This document shows, piece after piece, positions 13,013-25,734 of a stretch of 64,000 bases of DNA. The notes under the pieces are model-generated. The model did no database searches. It saw nothing but the letters and a program-made list of their open reading frames with translations, and was not told the DNA's origin. Numbering within the stretch: the first letter of the stretch is position 1; every line of letters starts with the position of its first letter. The DNA comes from an uncultured Alphaproteobacteria bacterium. Lineage in GTDB: Bacteria > Pseudomonadota > Alphaproteobacteria > CAVTAV01. The stretch covers positions 960,181 through 1,024,180 of the forward strand of contig CAVTAV010000006.1 in the NCBI GenBank assembly GCA_963732795.1, given 5' to 3'. The translations under genes were made by a program, and so were the position numbers.

Positions 13013-13951
13013 TCACGCCCGCGGATGGGCGCTTTCGTAAACATCCAACAGCCGAGCTGTATCGACCTCGGTATAGCGCTGCGTGGTCGAGAGGCTCGCA
13101 TGGCCGAGCAGCTCCTGGATCGTCCTCAGATCTCCGCCGCCGGCCAGGAGATGGGTCGCGAAGCTGTGCCTGAGCGCATGGGGCGTGGCGGAATCGGGCA
13201 GGCCCAGGGCCGCCCGCAGCATCTGCATCCGGCCCTGGATGATCCGGGGATTGAGCCGTTTGCCGCGCGCACCGACGAAGAGGGGATCGTCGGGGGCGAG
13301 GCCGAAGGGGCACTGGCGGAGGTAATCCTCGATCGCGCTCCGGACGATCGGCAGGACCGGCACGAGGCGCTGCTTGTTGCCCTTGCCGGTGATGGTCATT
13401 ACCTCGCTGGCCGGCGCATCCTTGCGATTGAGGCCCAGCGCTTCCGAAATACGCATCCCGCAGCCATAGAGCATGGTCAGCACCGCCGCGTCGCGCGCCG
13501 CGATCCAGGGCTCGTTCGCGACGATATCGGCCCCGGAAGCCACCGACTTCGCGGCTTGGGCGCTTAGGGGCCGGGGCACGGAATGGGGCAGCTTGGGGCT
13601 TCGCACCGCCGCGAGGCTCGGATTGTCCACCAACCCCCGCCGGGCGAGATAGCGATAGAAGGAGCGGAGGACCGAAAGCGCCCGCGCCAGCGACCGGCTG
13701 GAGAGGCCCTGGGCGCGCCGTTCGGCGAGAAACGCTCGAAAATCGGCGAGCTTCAGACTTTCGAGGCTGTGCCGGGTCACGGGGCCGCCCAAGTGCCCCG
13801 CGAGAAAGAACAGGAAAGCCCCCAGATCCCGCCCATACGCCGCGCAAGTGTTTGCCGAGGCACGCTTTTCGCTCGCGAGATAGGTCTGCCAGTCCGCGAT
13901 ATATCCCCGGACTTCTTCTGATGCAGGCGGGGCGGCGAGAGTGTCAATCAA
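13013..13951 (-). CDS. xerC: tyrosine recombinase XerC (chromosome dimer resolution)
   Basis: 312-aa ORF with an N-terminal SAM-like domain and the catalytic motifs ...RISEALGL..., [12 protein letters not shown] and [13 protein letters not shown]. Flanked only by housekeeping genes. Confidence 0.8.
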   Translation of the reverse strand: MIDTLAAPPASEEVRGYIADWQTYLASEKRASANTCAAYGRDLGAFLFFLAGHLGGPVTRHSLESLKLADFRAFLAERRAQGLSSRSLARALSVLRSFYRYLARRGLVDNPSLAAVRSPKLPHSVPRPLSAQAAKSVASGADIVANEPWIAARDAAVLTMLYGCGMRISEALGLNRKDAPASEVMTITGKGNKQRLVPVLPIVRSAIEDYLRQCPFGLAPDDPLFVGARGKRLNPRIIQGRMQMLRAALGLPDSATPHALRHSFATHLLAGGGDLRTIQELLGHASLSTTQRYTEVDTARLLDVYESAHPRA

Positions 13952-14604
13952 ACGATTGTTTGTCCGGTCTTGGCCCAGTCCTTGAGGAAAAGGTCGATGC
14001 CTTTGTCGGTAAGCGGGTGGTTGATCAGGCCCTTGAGCACCGCCGGCGGCACGGTCGCGACATCGGCGCCGATCTTGGCGGCTTCGAGGACATGGATCGG
14101 GTTGCGGATCGAGGCCACCAGGATTTCGGTCTTGAAATCGGGATAGTTGTCGAAGATCAGCCGGATATCCTCGATCAAGGCCATGCCCGATTGGCCGATG
14201 TCATCGAGGCGTCCGACGAAGGGCGAGACGAAGGTCGCACCGGCCTTGGCCGCCATCAGCGCCTGAACCGCCGAGAAGCACAAGGTGACGTTCACCATCG
14301 TGCCCTGATCGCTCAAATGCCGGCAGGCCTTGAGGCCTTCATAGGTCATCGGCACTTTGATCGTGATATTGGGCGCGATCGGGGTCAGCTTGCGCGCTTC
14401 CTTGATCATGCCTTCGGCATCCGACGCGGTGGTCTCGGCGCTCACCGGGCCGGAGACCGCGTCGCAAATCTCGTTCAGGACCTCGAAGAAGTCGCGGCCC
14501 GCCTTGTGGACCAGCGAGGGATTGGTGGTGACGCCGTCGAGGAGGCCGGTCGCGGCCAGGTCGCGGATCGCCTCGATATCGGCGGTGTCGACGAAAAACT
14601 TCAT
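13948..14604 (-). CDS. fsa: fructose-6-phosphate aldolase / short transaldolase-family protein
   Basis: 218-aa [35 protein letters not shown]..., the TalC/Fsa subfamily. Confidence 0.85.
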   Translation of the reverse strand: MKFFVDTADIEAIRDLAATGLLDGVTTNPSLVHKAGRDFFEVLNEICDAVSGPVSAETTASDAEGMIKEARKLTPIAPNITIKVPMTYEGLKACRHLSDQGTMVNVTLCFSAVQALMAAKAGATFVSPFVGRLDDIGQSGMALIEDIRLIFDNYPDFKTEILVASIRNPIHVLEAAKIGADVATVPPAVLKGLINHPLTDKGIDLFLKDWAKTGQTIV

Positions 14605-14672
14605 GAAATTGCCTCTCTAGCCCCTGAGTCGGCCAGCTTGTTCGCCCCGACACGTGCTGGCACAGTGTAGCG

Positions 14673-16921
14673 ATGGCCGACACCATAGCCAAGCCAGCCC
14701 GACAGTCAATTTCCGCCCCCTCCCGACCCGCCGGGACGGGGGAACGGGCGCGGATTCGCGTGCTTCTGCCGCTCCCGCTCGAAGGCGCGCTCGACTATTG
14801 GGACGACGGCCTGTTCGGGGCGGCCCTCGAGCCGGGGGACATCGTGCTGGTGCCCCTGGGGCCGCGCCATGTTCACGGCATTGTCTGGGATTTGCCGGGC
14901 GAATCCGGCTCGTTCGACGCGGAAAAACTCAAATCCGTCGCCGAAAAGATCGATTTGCCGCCGTTTCCGGACGATATGCGCCGTTTGATCGACTGGGTCG
15001 CGAGCTACACGTCACGCCCCCCGGCGCTGTCCTGAAGATGGCCTTGAGCGTGCCCGAGGCGCTCGATCCCTTCCAGCCGATCCGCGCCTATGCCGCCGGC
15101 GGGCCCGAGCCGGAGCGGATGACCGACGCCCGGACCCGCGTGCTGGAGATCGCGAAATCCGGCCCGCCGCGCACGGTCGCCGATCTCGCCCGCGAGGCGG
15201 CGGTCGGCGAAGGCGTCGTCCGGGGGCTGGTCAAGGCAGGGACCCTGATTCAGGTCGATCTTCCCGCCGAAACGCCCCTCGAAAGGCCCGATCTCGACCT
15301 GCCGGGGCCGACGCTCTCTCCCGCTCAAGCCAAGGCGGCGGCGGCCATAGAGGCCGTCGTGAAGGCGCGGGACTACAAGACCGTGCTCCTCGAAGGCGTC
15401 ACCGGCTCGGGCAAGACCGAGGTCTATTTCGACGCCATCGCCACGGCCCTGAAAGCCGATCCGCAAGGGCAGGTCTTGGTCCTCGTGCCCGAGATCGCGC
15501 TCACCTCCCAATGGCTGGAGCGCTTCGTGCAGCGCTTCGGCGTCGAGCCGCTGTTGTGGCATTCCGATCTCGGCCAGGCCTATCGCCGCCGGGCCTGGCG
15601 GCAGGTCGCGAAGGGTGACGCGTCGGTCGTGGTCGGCGCGCGCTCGGCCTTGTTCCTGCCGTTCCCGGATTTGCGCCTGATCGTGATCGACGAGGAGCAG
15701 GACGCCTCTTACAAGCAGGAGGACGGCGTCCTCTACAACGCGCGAGACATGGCGGTCGTGCGCGGCTCGCTCGCCAAGATTCCGGTGATCCTGGTCTCGG
15801 CCACGCCGTCCTTGGAAACCGTCGTCAATGTCCGGAACGAGCGCTACGGCCATGTCGAGCTGCCGGACCGCCATGGCGGCGCGAGTATGCCCGAGATCCA
15901 GGCGATCGACATGCGCGAGACGCCTCCCGAGCGCGGCCGCTGGCTCTCGCCGCCCCTCGTCGCCGCCATGGGCGACACTTTGCTGGCCGGCGAGCAGACC
16001 CTGCTGTTCCTCAACCGGCGCGGCTATGCGCCCTTGACCCTCTGCCGGACTTGCGGCCACCGCTTCCAATGCCCGAACTGCTCGGCCTGGCTCGTCGAGC
16101 ACCGCTATGCCGGCCAGGTCCAATGCCATCACTGCGGATTCTCGCAGCCCGCGCCGGAGATCTGCCCGGCCTGCGGCAAGCCCGGCACCCTGGTCGCCTG
16201 CGGCCCCGGCGTCGAGCGCCTGGCGGAGGAGGTTTCCCAGCGCTTCCCGACGGCGCGGATCGGCGTCATGGCGAGCGACACCATGACCGGCCCCCGCGCC
16301 ATCGCCGACATGATCTCCCGCATGACCCATCACGAGATCGACGTCGTGATCGGCACCCAGTTGGTGGCGAAAGGCCACCATTTCCCGATGCTGACGCTCG
16401 TCGGCATCGTCGACGCCGATCTCGGCCTCGAAGGCGGCGACCCGCGCGCCTCGGAGCGGACCTATCAGCAGCTTTCCCAGGTTTCGGGCCGCGCCGGCCG
16501 CGCCGAGCGCCCCGGAAAGGTGATGCTCCAGAGCTATATGCCGGACCATCCCGTCATGGCGGCGCTGATCTCCGGCGACCGCGAGGCCTTCCTCGACCGT
16601 GAGATCCGCGCCCGCAAGGCCGGCCGCTTGCCGCCCTTCGGCCGCCTGGTCGCGCTCATCGTCTCCGGCCCGGAGCACAACGCGGTCATGCAAGCCGGCC
16701 GGGCGCTCGCCCGGAATGCGCCCCGCGAGAAGGGCGTCGAGACCTTCGGCCCCGCGCCCGCGCCGCTCGCCCTCCTGCGCGGCCGTCATCGGCATCGGCT
16801 CCTGCTGAAGGCCCCGCGCTCGGTCAATGTGCAGAGCGTCACGCGCCGCTGGCTCGCCGCCACCCGTTTGCCAAAAAAGGTGCGCGTCCAGGTGGACGTG
16901 GACCCCTACAGCTTCATGTGA
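14673..16921 (+). pseudogene. priA: primosomal protein N' (PriA helicase); frame broken once (one missing base near 15011)
   Basis: ORF 14673..15035 holds the N-terminus, ending [11 protein letters not shown] 14654..16921 continues with [11 protein letters not shown]..., Walker [17 protein letters not shown] and the Cys-rich zinc region [17 protein letters not shown]...CHHCG. Length 2249 = 3n+2. Confidence 0.9.
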
Positions 16922-17130
16922 CAGATGCAAGACAGCTATGCGCGAGGCCGTCCGCCGAGTCAGGTTGCGCCTGCGAAATGACTGTGCTAGGTATCCGCCG
17001 GGCTTCGACGGGCCGGGCTGGATCTACCGTCGCAAGCGTAGAAATTGCGGTGAAATTTCAATACGTTAAGTGAGTTCTCCCGACCCCGGACAATCGGGTC
17101 TGAACAGGTCGTCCCAAGAGGGTTTCCCGA

Positions 17131-17691
17131 GTGGCTGTTGAATCATCGATCGTGTCCGGAGTGGCTGGACGCTACGCGACCGCGTTATTCGACCTCGCCC
17201 AGGAGGCAAAGGCTCTCGATTCCACCGCCGCGGAGCTCGCCCAACTCAAGTCCATGATCCATGAAAGCGCCGATCTGAGGGCCCTCGTCAGGAGCCCGGT
17301 GATCAGCCGTGACGATCAGGGCCGGGGCATGGACGCTGTCGCCGAGAAGGCCGGCTTCAGCGAGCTGACCCGCAAATTCATCGCCACGGTCACGGCCAAC
17401 CGCCGGCTGAACCAGATCGTTCCGATCTGCGACGCGTTCCGCAAGCTCCTCGCCGCCCATCGCGGAGAGATCACGGCCGATGTCACCTCGGCGCAGCCGC
17501 TGACGCCCGAGCAGCTCGAGGCGCTGAAGGCCGAGCTCGACCGGGCGACCGGCCGGACGGTCGATGTCGACGCCAAGGTGGACGAGGCATTGCTGGGCGG
17601 GCTTGTGGTCAAGCTCGGCTCTCGCATGATCGACAGCTCGCTTAGAACGAAACTCAACTCGCTGACCGAAGTCATGAAAGGGATTGGATGA
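17131..17691 (+). CDS. atpH: F0F1 ATP synthase subunit delta
   Basis: 186-aa ORF (GTG start) beginning ...[20 protein letters not shown] overlap with atpA. Confidence 0.85.
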   Translation: MAVESSIVSGVAGRYATALFDLAQEAKALDSTAAELAQLKSMIHESADLRALVRSPVISRDDQGRGMDAVAEKAGFSELTRKFIATVTANRRLNQIVPICDAFRKLLAAHRGEITADVTSAQPLTPEQLEALKAELDRATGRTVDVDAKVDEALLGGLVVKLGSRMIDSSLRTKLNSLTEVMKGIG

Positions 17692-19221
17692 TGGACATCC
17701 GGGCCGCGGAAATCTCGTCGATATTGAAGGCGCAAATCGCCAATTTCGGCGCCGAGGCGGAAGTCTCGGAAATTGGCCAGGTGCTTTCGGTCGGCGACGG
17801 CATCGCCCGCGTCTACGGCCTCGACAACGTACAGGCCGGCGAGCTTGTGACCTTCCCCGGCAATGTCAAGGGCATGGCGCTCAACCTCGAGACCGACAAT
17901 GTCGGCGTCGTGATCTTCGGCGACGACCGCGGCATCAAGGAAGGCGACACGGTCAAGCGCACCGGCTCGATCGTCGACGCGCCGGTCGGCAAGGGTCTTC
18001 TCGGTCGGGTCGTGAACGGCCTTGGCGAGCCGATCGACGGCAAGGGGCCGATCGAGGGCGACGAGCGCCGCCGCGTCGAGGTCAAGGCGCCGGGCATCAT
18101 TCCGCGGAAATCGGTGCATGAGCCGATGCAGACCGGCCTCAAGGCCCTGGACGCCCTGGTTCCGGTCGGCCGCGGCCAGCGCGAGCTCATCATCGGCGAC
18201 CGCCAGACCGGCAAGACCGCCGTCGCCATCGACACCATCATCAATCAGAAGCCGGTCAACGCCACCGGCGACGAATCCAAGAAGCTCTATTGCATCTATG
18301 TCGCGGTCGGCCAGAAGCGCTCGACGGTGGCTCAGATCGTCAAGACACTCGAAGACGCCGGCGCGATGGAATATTCCATCGTGGTCGCCGCGACGGCTTC
18401 GGATCCGGCGCCCTTGCAGTTCCTGGCGCCTTATACCGGCTGCACCATGGGCGAGTATTTCCGCGATAACGGCATGCACGCGCTGATCATCTATGATGAT
18501 CTCTCGAAGCAGGCCGTCGCCTATCGCCAGATGTCGCTGCTGCTTCGCCGCCCGCCGGGACGCGAGGCCTATCCCGGCGACGTGTTCTATCTTCACTCTC
18601 GTCTCCTGGAGCGCGCGGCGAAGATGAACGACGATTTGGGCGGCGGGCTCACTCACCGCGCTGCCGATCATCGAGACTCAGGCGGGCGACGTTGCCGCCT
18701 ATATCCCGACCAACGTGATCTCGATCACCGACGGTCAGATCTTCCTCGAAACCGAGCTTTTCTTCCAGGGCATCCGGCCCGCCATTTCGGTCGGTCTGTC
18801 GGTGAGCCGCGTCGGCTCCGCCGCCCAGATCAAGGCGATGAAGCAAGTCGCCGGCACCATCAAGCTGGAGTTCGCCCAATACCGCGAAATGGCGGCTTTC
18901 GCCCAGTTCGGCTCCGATCTCGATGCGTCGACCCAACGCCTGCTCGCCCGCGGCGAGCGCCTGACTGAGCTTCTGAAGCAGGGCCAGTTCTCGCCTATGC
19001 CGGTCGAGGAGCAGGTGGTTTCGATCTATTCCGGCGTGCGCGGGTATCTGGATAAGATCGCGGTCGGGGACGTCACCAGGTTCGAATCCATGCTGTTGAG
19101 CGAGGTTCGCGCCAAGCACGCCGATATCCTGGAGGAGATCCGCACCAAACGCGAGCTCACCAAGGAGGTCGACGAGAATCTGAAAGAGGTGCTGGAGAAG
19201 TTCTCGAAGTCCTTCGCGTAA
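17688..19221 (+). pseudogene. atpA: F0F1 ATP synthase subunit alpha; frame broken once (extra base near 18648)
   Basis: ORF 17688..18968 is alpha subunit up to ...[13 protein letters not shown] 18715..19221 resumes the frame as [34 protein letters not shown]. Walker A GDRQTGKT present. Length 1534 = 3n+1. Confidence 0.95.
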
Positions 19222-19260
19222 AGACAGGACGGACGAGACCGAAAGGAAACCGGGACCGAG

Positions 19261-20151
19261 ATGCCAAGCCTCAAAGAGCTCAAGAATCGCATCAGAAGCG
19301 TCAAGTCGACGCAGAAGATCACCAAGGCCAAGCAGATGGTCGCGGCGTCGAAGCTGCGCCGCGCCCAGGAGGCCGTCGAGGCCGCCCGGCCCTATTCCGA
19401 GCGCATGGAGCGCGTGCTGGCCTCGCTGGCGAGCGGTATGGAAGGCATGCCCGGCGCACCGCCGCTGCTGGTCGGCACCGGCGGCGACCAGACCCATCTT
19501 CTCATCGTCGCGACCGCCGATCGCGGCTTGTGCGGCGGCTTCAACTCCACCATCGCCCGTGCCGCGAGAGATCGCGCGCGGTCTCTGATCGCCGAGGGCA
19601 AAACGGTCAAGATCTTCTGTGTCGGCCGCAAAGGGCGGGATGCCTTGAAGCGCGAATTCGCCGACCGGATCGTGCAATATGTCTCGCTCCGCGAGGTCAA
19701 GAAAGTCGGGTTCGAGAACGCCAAGGAGATCTCGACGATCGTCCTCGATATGTTCGATGCGGGCGAATTCGACGTTTGCACCCTGATCTTCAGCCAGTTC
19801 AAATCGGTCATGAGCCAGGTGCCGACGGCAAAGCAGCTCATCCCGGCGGTAATCCCGGCCGGCGACGAGGTGGCGCCGGGGCCCGATCTCAAAGGCGCGG
19901 TCTACGAGTATGAGCCGGACGAGGCGGACATCCTGAAGGTTCTGCTGCCGCGCAATGTCTCCGTCCAGATCTTCCGCGCGCTTCTCGAGAACGCCGCCGG
20001 CGAGCAGGGCGCGAGCATGACCGCCATGGACAACGCGACGCGCAACGCGGGCGAGGTGATCGACCAACTGACCCTGAACTACAACCGCACCCGTCAGGCC
20101 GTCATCACCAAGGAACTCATCGAAATCATCTCGGGCGCCGAGGCGCTCTAA
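19261..20151 (+). CDS. atpG: F0F1 ATP synthase subunit gamma
   Basis: 296-aa [39 protein letters not shown]...[15 protein letters not shown]. Confidence 0.95.
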   Translation: MPSLKELKNRIRSVKSTQKITKAKQMVAASKLRRAQEAVEAARPYSERMERVLASLASGMEGMPGAPPLLVGTGGDQTHLLIVATADRGLCGGFNSTIARAARDRARSLIAEGKTVKIFCVGRKGRDALKREFADRIVQYVSLREVKKVGFENAKEISTIVLDMFDAGEFDVCTLIFSQFKSVMSQVPTAKQLIPAVIPAGDEVAPGPDLKGAVYEYEPDEADILKVLLPRNVSVQIFRALLENAAGEQGASMTAMDNATRNAGEVIDQLTLNYNRTRQAVITKELIEIISGAEAL

Positions 20152-21600
<1,449 letters not shown>

Positions 21601-21610
21601 GGACCCTCTC

Positions 21611-22009
21611 ATGGCGGATACGCTCACCTTCGATCTCGTCTCGCCCGAGCGGCTTTTGATCTCGGAACAGGTGACCATGGTCACCGTGCCGGGCTCAGAG
21701 GGCTATTTCGGCGTCATGGCGGGCCACGCGCCGGTCATCACCGCGCTGCGTCCCGGCGTCGTCGAGGTCGAGCCGGTCGAAGGCGAGACGCGGCGGATCT
21801 ATGTCCGGGGCGGTTTCGCCGAGACCACCGGCGACAATCTGACGGTGCTCGCCGAGGAGGCGATCAATCTCGCCGACCTCGACCGCGCCGAGCTTGAAAC
21901 GCGCCTCGCCAACGCCCGCGAAGACGTTACCCTCGCCCGCGACGACGAAGAACGCCGCGCCGCCGAAACGAATGTCGCGCAGCTGACGCAGCTCATCGCG
22001 GCGCTCTAG
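21611..22009 (+). CDS. atpC: F0F1 ATP synthase subunit epsilon
   Basis: 132-aa ORF directly after atpD, beginning MADTLTFDLVSPERLLISEQV. Confidence 0.9.
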   Translation: MADTLTFDLVSPERLLISEQVTMVTVPGSEGYFGVMAGHAPVITALRPGVVEVEPVEGETRRIYVRGGFAETTGDNLTVLAEEAINLADLDRAELETRLANAREDVTLARDDEERRAAETNVAQLTQLIAAL

Positions 22010-22110
22010 GCTTAAAACACCCCATCGCCCCTCTCGACGTGCGCCCCCAGGCGGCGTATGGTTTGTTGACTTTGAAACATTCTCGGATCAACCGTATCGA
22101 CGAGGGACAT

Positions 22111-23025
22111 ATGTCTGGCTTCGGATCGACCTTGCGTCTCGTTGCGGCCGCTTCGCTTCTGGCGGGCGGCGTATTTGCGATCAATCTGGCGGTGGCGGCG
22201 CCGTCCACCGACACATTGTCGAGCAAGCCGAAGGACACCGATGTCTCAAGCCATTTCCGCGACGGCAAGAAGCTTCTCGCGGCCGGCGACCTCGATCCGG
22301 CGATCAAGGAATTCGCCAAGGTTCTCGCGGTCGTCCCGGGAGACGCCGAGGCGAACTACTATATGGGCCTCGCCCATCTCGGGAAGAACGAGGCCCAGGA
22401 AGCCAAGAACTATCTCGCCAAGTCGGTCCTGATCGACGGCTCCAACCCGGCGGCGCGCGAGCAGCTCGGCCTCGTCTCCCTGAAGCTCGACGACCGCCAG
22501 CGCGCCGAGCAGCAGCGCGACGCCTTGGCCAAGATGATGAAGCAGTGCGGCAAGAGTTGCGACGAGACGCTGACCACGTCGTTCAACTCACTCGATTCCG
22601 CGCTCAAGGGCAAGCCGGCGGGCAGCGGCAAGACCAGCGAGCTCCTGATGGACCGCGGCGAGACCGGCGACGTGACCTATAAGCTCGCGGTCGCCGAGAT
22701 CAACGAGGGCCATTTCGAAAAGGCCATCTCGACCCTCAAATCCGCGGCGGACAAGATCGGCCCGCACCCGGATATCCTGAACTATCTCGGCTATGCCAAC
22801 CGCAAGCTCGGCCATTACGATACGGCGATCCGCTATTACCGCGAGGCGCTCGCGATCAACCCGGATCATCTGGGCGCGAACGAATATCTCGGCGAGCTTT
22901 ATGCCGAGATCGGCGACCTCGACCGCGCCCGCGTCCAGCTTGCGACCCTCGACCGGCTCTGCGCCTTCGGCTGCGCCCAGCACGAGGACCTGCAGCACTG
23001 GATTCAAACCGCCTCGGCCAAGTGA
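22111..23025 (+). CDS. secreted tetratricopeptide-repeat protein
   Basis: Start chosen at MSGFGSTLRLVAAASLLAGGVFAINLAVAAPS (signal peptide, GAGGGA upstream). Several TPR units. C-terminal LDRLCAFGCAQHEDLQHWI motif. Confidence 0.7.
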   Translation: MSGFGSTLRLVAAASLLAGGVFAINLAVAAPSTDTLSSKPKDTDVSSHFRDGKKLLAAGDLDPAIKEFAKVLAVVPGDAEANYYMGLAHLGKNEAQEAKNYLAKSVLIDGSNPAAREQLGLVSLKLDDRQRAEQQRDALAKMMKQCGKSCDETLTTSFNSLDSALKGKPAGSGKTSELLMDRGETGDVTYKLAVAEINEGHFEKAISTLKSAADKIGPHPDILNYLGYANRKLGHYDTAIRYYREALAINPDHLGANEYLGELYAEIGDLDRARVQLATLDRLCAFGCAQHEDLQHWIQTASAK

Positions 23026-23985
23026 GCAGAACCCGGCGCGTTCTTCCTTTAGCGTCTCGTCCTTGCGGCGGGCATCGGCGCGGCGCGAGCCGAACCCCTC
23101 ACGGAGTTCCGTTGGCTCGCCCCCGGCGCGGACGCCGCGGCCCAGGTGACCCGCGCGCCGGCCGAGTGCCTGAAGCCCGCGGACAACGCCGAGGACGCTT
23201 ATGACATCGAAGTCGGCCGCGTCGTCTTCCGCACGCCGGAGCTGTTCGGCGGCCAGGCGGCGCGGGTGGGCCTGAGCTGCAACGCCTGCCACATCAACGG
23301 CCGCAACAACCCGACCTTCTTCATCGACGGCGTTACGGGCCTGCCCGGCACGGTCGATGTGACGACCTCGGTGTTCAGCAAGACGCGCGGCGACGGCGTG
23401 ATGAATCCGCGCCCGATCCCGAGCCTCGTCGGCACGGCCTTCAACACGGCCTACGGCCATGACGCGAAGGTCACGTCGCTCAGCGAGTTCGTCCATGGCG
23501 TGGCGGTCGAGGAGTTCCAGGGCGAAGAGCCCGATCCCCACGTCTTCAAGGCGCTGATGGCCTATGTGACAGCGCTCGATCCGGTCGGCTGCACCGGCCC
23601 CAACACGGTCGCGATCACCCTCAAGAGCACGCTCTCCGACCTCGACCGCGGCCTGTCGGCCCTCGACGCTTCGGTGGACCGCGGCGACAAGGCGGTCGGC
23701 CATATGCTGGTCCTGGGGCTGCGCACCATGCTCGGCCGCTTGAACGAGCGCTATGCCGGCGCCGGCCTCTCGGAGGTCACGCCCGATATTGTCGGGGCCA
23801 GCCGCGGGTTGGAGACGCTTTGGCATGACGATGGCGGCAAGCCCAAGGCCTTCCATGCCGGGCTCAAGACCTGGCGCGACAACTTCGATCGCGTCGAGGC
23901 GAAGCTCACGGCGTCTGGAATCGAAATCGCTGTTCAATCCCGCGGTGGTCAGGCGCGTCGTCAAAGAGTTCCACCCGGCAATTGA
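23022..23985 (+). pseudogene. putative periplasmic single-heme c-type cytochrome / CCP-MauG-like protein; N-terminal frame break near 23050-23060
   Basis: CxxCH motif (LSCNACHINGRNNP). The GTG at 23022 overlaps the TPR stop (GTGA) and encodes MSRTRRVLPLAS. The signal-peptide continuation RLVLAAGIGAARA... lies in the frame of ORF 23146..23985. Length 964 = 3n+1. The C-terminus is uncertain. Confidence 0.55.
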
Positions 23986-23986
23986 C

Positions 23987-24064
23987 GTCATCGCGAGGCG
24001 CGCCAGCGCCACGGCGATCCAGACAGGCTGGATTGCGGCGCTCCCTGCGGTCGCTCGCAATGAC
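23987..24064. repeat. REP-like imperfect palindromic element between convergent genes
   Basis: GTCATCGCGAGG...GCGATCCAG-acagg-CTGGATTGC...CTCGCAATGAC. The termini are inverted copies. It translates to the [12 protein letters not shown]...ARNDG pattern typical of Rhizobiales intergenic repeats. Confidence 0.55.
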
Positions 24065-24069
24065 GGATC

Positions 24070-24556
24070 TTACGTTCTGACCGTCTCCGGCAGATGGCCG
24101 AAGCGTTCGATCAGGGCCGCGTAAACGTCGCGCTTGAACGGCACGATGATGTCGGTGATCCGCTCCAAGGGCAGCCACTTCCAGTCTTCGAACTCGGGGT
24201 GGTCGGTGTCGAGGTCGATATCGGAATCCTGGCCCGTGAAGCGTAGCGCGAACCATTTCATGCGCTGGCCGCGATATCGCCCGCGCCAGACCTTGCCGAT
24301 CAGCTCGCTCCGGCAGGTCGTAGGTCAGCCAGTCGTCACTTTCCTCGATGATGGCGAATTTGTCGGTGCCGATCTCTTCCTCGAGCTCCCGGAGCACGGC
24401 CTCGCGCGGCTGCTCGCCCTTGTCGATGCCGCCCTGGGGCAGTTGCCAGGCCTCGGCCACCGTATCGATCCGCCGCGCGACGAAGACCTCGCCGTTGCGG
24501 TTGAACAGCACCGCGCCCGCGCAAGGCCGATAGGGCAGGTCGTTCTTGTCGGTCAT
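24070..24556 (-). pseudogene. rppH: RNA pyrophosphohydrolase RppH (NUDIX); frame broken once (extra base near 24307)
   Basis: ORF 23906..24556 carries the Nudix box [22 protein letters not shown] up to WLTYDLP. ORF 24070..24261 continues with ...[23 protein letters not shown]. Length 487 = 3n+1. Confidence 0.85.
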
Positions 24557-24565
24557 GACGGTGTT

Positions 24566-25671
24566 CTAGCGGATCGGCTGGCGATTGACGACCGCCGTAA
24601 TCGGCGCGATCAGGATTCCCTTGGCCTTGAGCGTCGGAATCCATGCCTCAAGCCGGTCGATGGTCACCGGATAGGCGCGGCCGATCCCGACCGCCGCGCC
24701 GTAGCCTTGAGCTACCTTTTCGAGCTCCGCGAGCTCGCCGTCGATCGCGTCGGGCGTCAATGTCGTTGTCGATATAGCGGTTATTGACCGCGCGCGGGAT
24801 GTCCATGCTGCGGGCGATCTTGGCGGCGACGCTGAGCCGCGTGGCGCTGCTGTCGATCAGGATCAGCCCGCGATGGCTCAGATCCTGCAGCACCGGCGTA
24901 ATCGCCGTCGTCGATGCGGTGAATTTCGAGCCCATGGAATTGACCACGCCGACATAGCCGGTCATCCGTCCAAGCACCTTCTGGAGCCGTTCGATATTCT
25001 GGTCGGGCGATAGGGTCGTCAACAGCGCGTCCGGGCCCGGATCGTCGTCGGGATAGCTCACCGGCTCCATCGGGATGCCGAGGACCACCTCGTGGCCGGC
25101 GGCCCGCGCCTTATCGGCCCATTCCTGTAGATCCTGGGCATAGGCCGAAAAGGATAGCGTGACCTCGGGCGGCAGCTTGTCGATCGCGTTCTGGGTGCGC
25201 TCCTTGGCGAGGCCCAGATCCTCGATGATGATCGCCATCCGCGGCCCGTCCTCGGTCGGATTGAAGGGCTGAGCGTAGGTCTGCCAGGCGGTCTTGCCGT
25301 TCGGGCCCATGACCGGCAGCGTGCCGAAGGGGCTGTCGGTCACGAGGTCGGGATCGTAGCTTTCGACCGATTTCGGCCCCGCCGGCTCGGCCTTGCTCGG
25401 CTCGGTCTTTTCCGATTGCGGATAGGGGCGGTGCGGGCGCCGAGCTATCGTTGAGGGCCACGGTCTGGCCGTCCGGCTTGCTCGGCGAGGAGACCGGCGG
25501 CGCCGGCGCTTGGGCGACGGGCCCGGATGCGCCCTCCGGCGGGCCCGCGAGCAACAGCCAGGTCACGATTCCGCCGATAATGACGAAGAAGACCAGATAG
25601 GCGGCGGCCAGCGTGGCGAAGCCGCCGGCCGGGACGCCCCTGGTCAACGAGGTTGGATTGCTTTGCGACAA
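24566..25671 (-). pseudogene. divergent polysaccharide deacetylase family protein (YibQ-like); two frame breaks (~25425, ~24762)
   Basis: Three ORF pieces (25111..25671 with the TM N-terminus, 24648..25343 core, 24566..24760 C-terminus) join as ...APAPP|YPQSEKTEP... and ...RYIDN|TLTPDAIDGELAELE.... Length 1106 = 3n+2. Confidence 0.75.
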
Positions 25672-25734
25672 GGTGTGGCTCTTATGCTCACCTCACGCCG
25701 GGCCCCAGCCCGCCATTGGACAGCTCTCGCCCGG

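Noticed and set aside
13013-13951. The tyrosine recombinase as a marker of an integrated mobile element
   Set aside because: The sequence is XerC-like. It is flanked by fsa, priA and DUF2794 housekeeping genes. There is no tRNA, no direct repeats and no cargo genes nearby.
15005-16930. 641-aa reverse ORF opposite priA
   Set aside because: Antisense shadow of a conserved helicase gene. No motifs.
18640-18656. Possibility that the frame breaks (for example in atpA) are programmed ribosomal frameshifts
   Set aside because: No X-XXY-YYZ slippery heptamer, no consistent downstream hairpin, and no precedent in these gene families. The breaks occur in both +1 and -1 senses at unrelated sequence contexts.
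22588-24060. 490-aa reverse ORF opposite the TPR and heme-protein genes
   Set aside because: Arg/Ala/Gly-rich, with no start context. It runs through a REP element.
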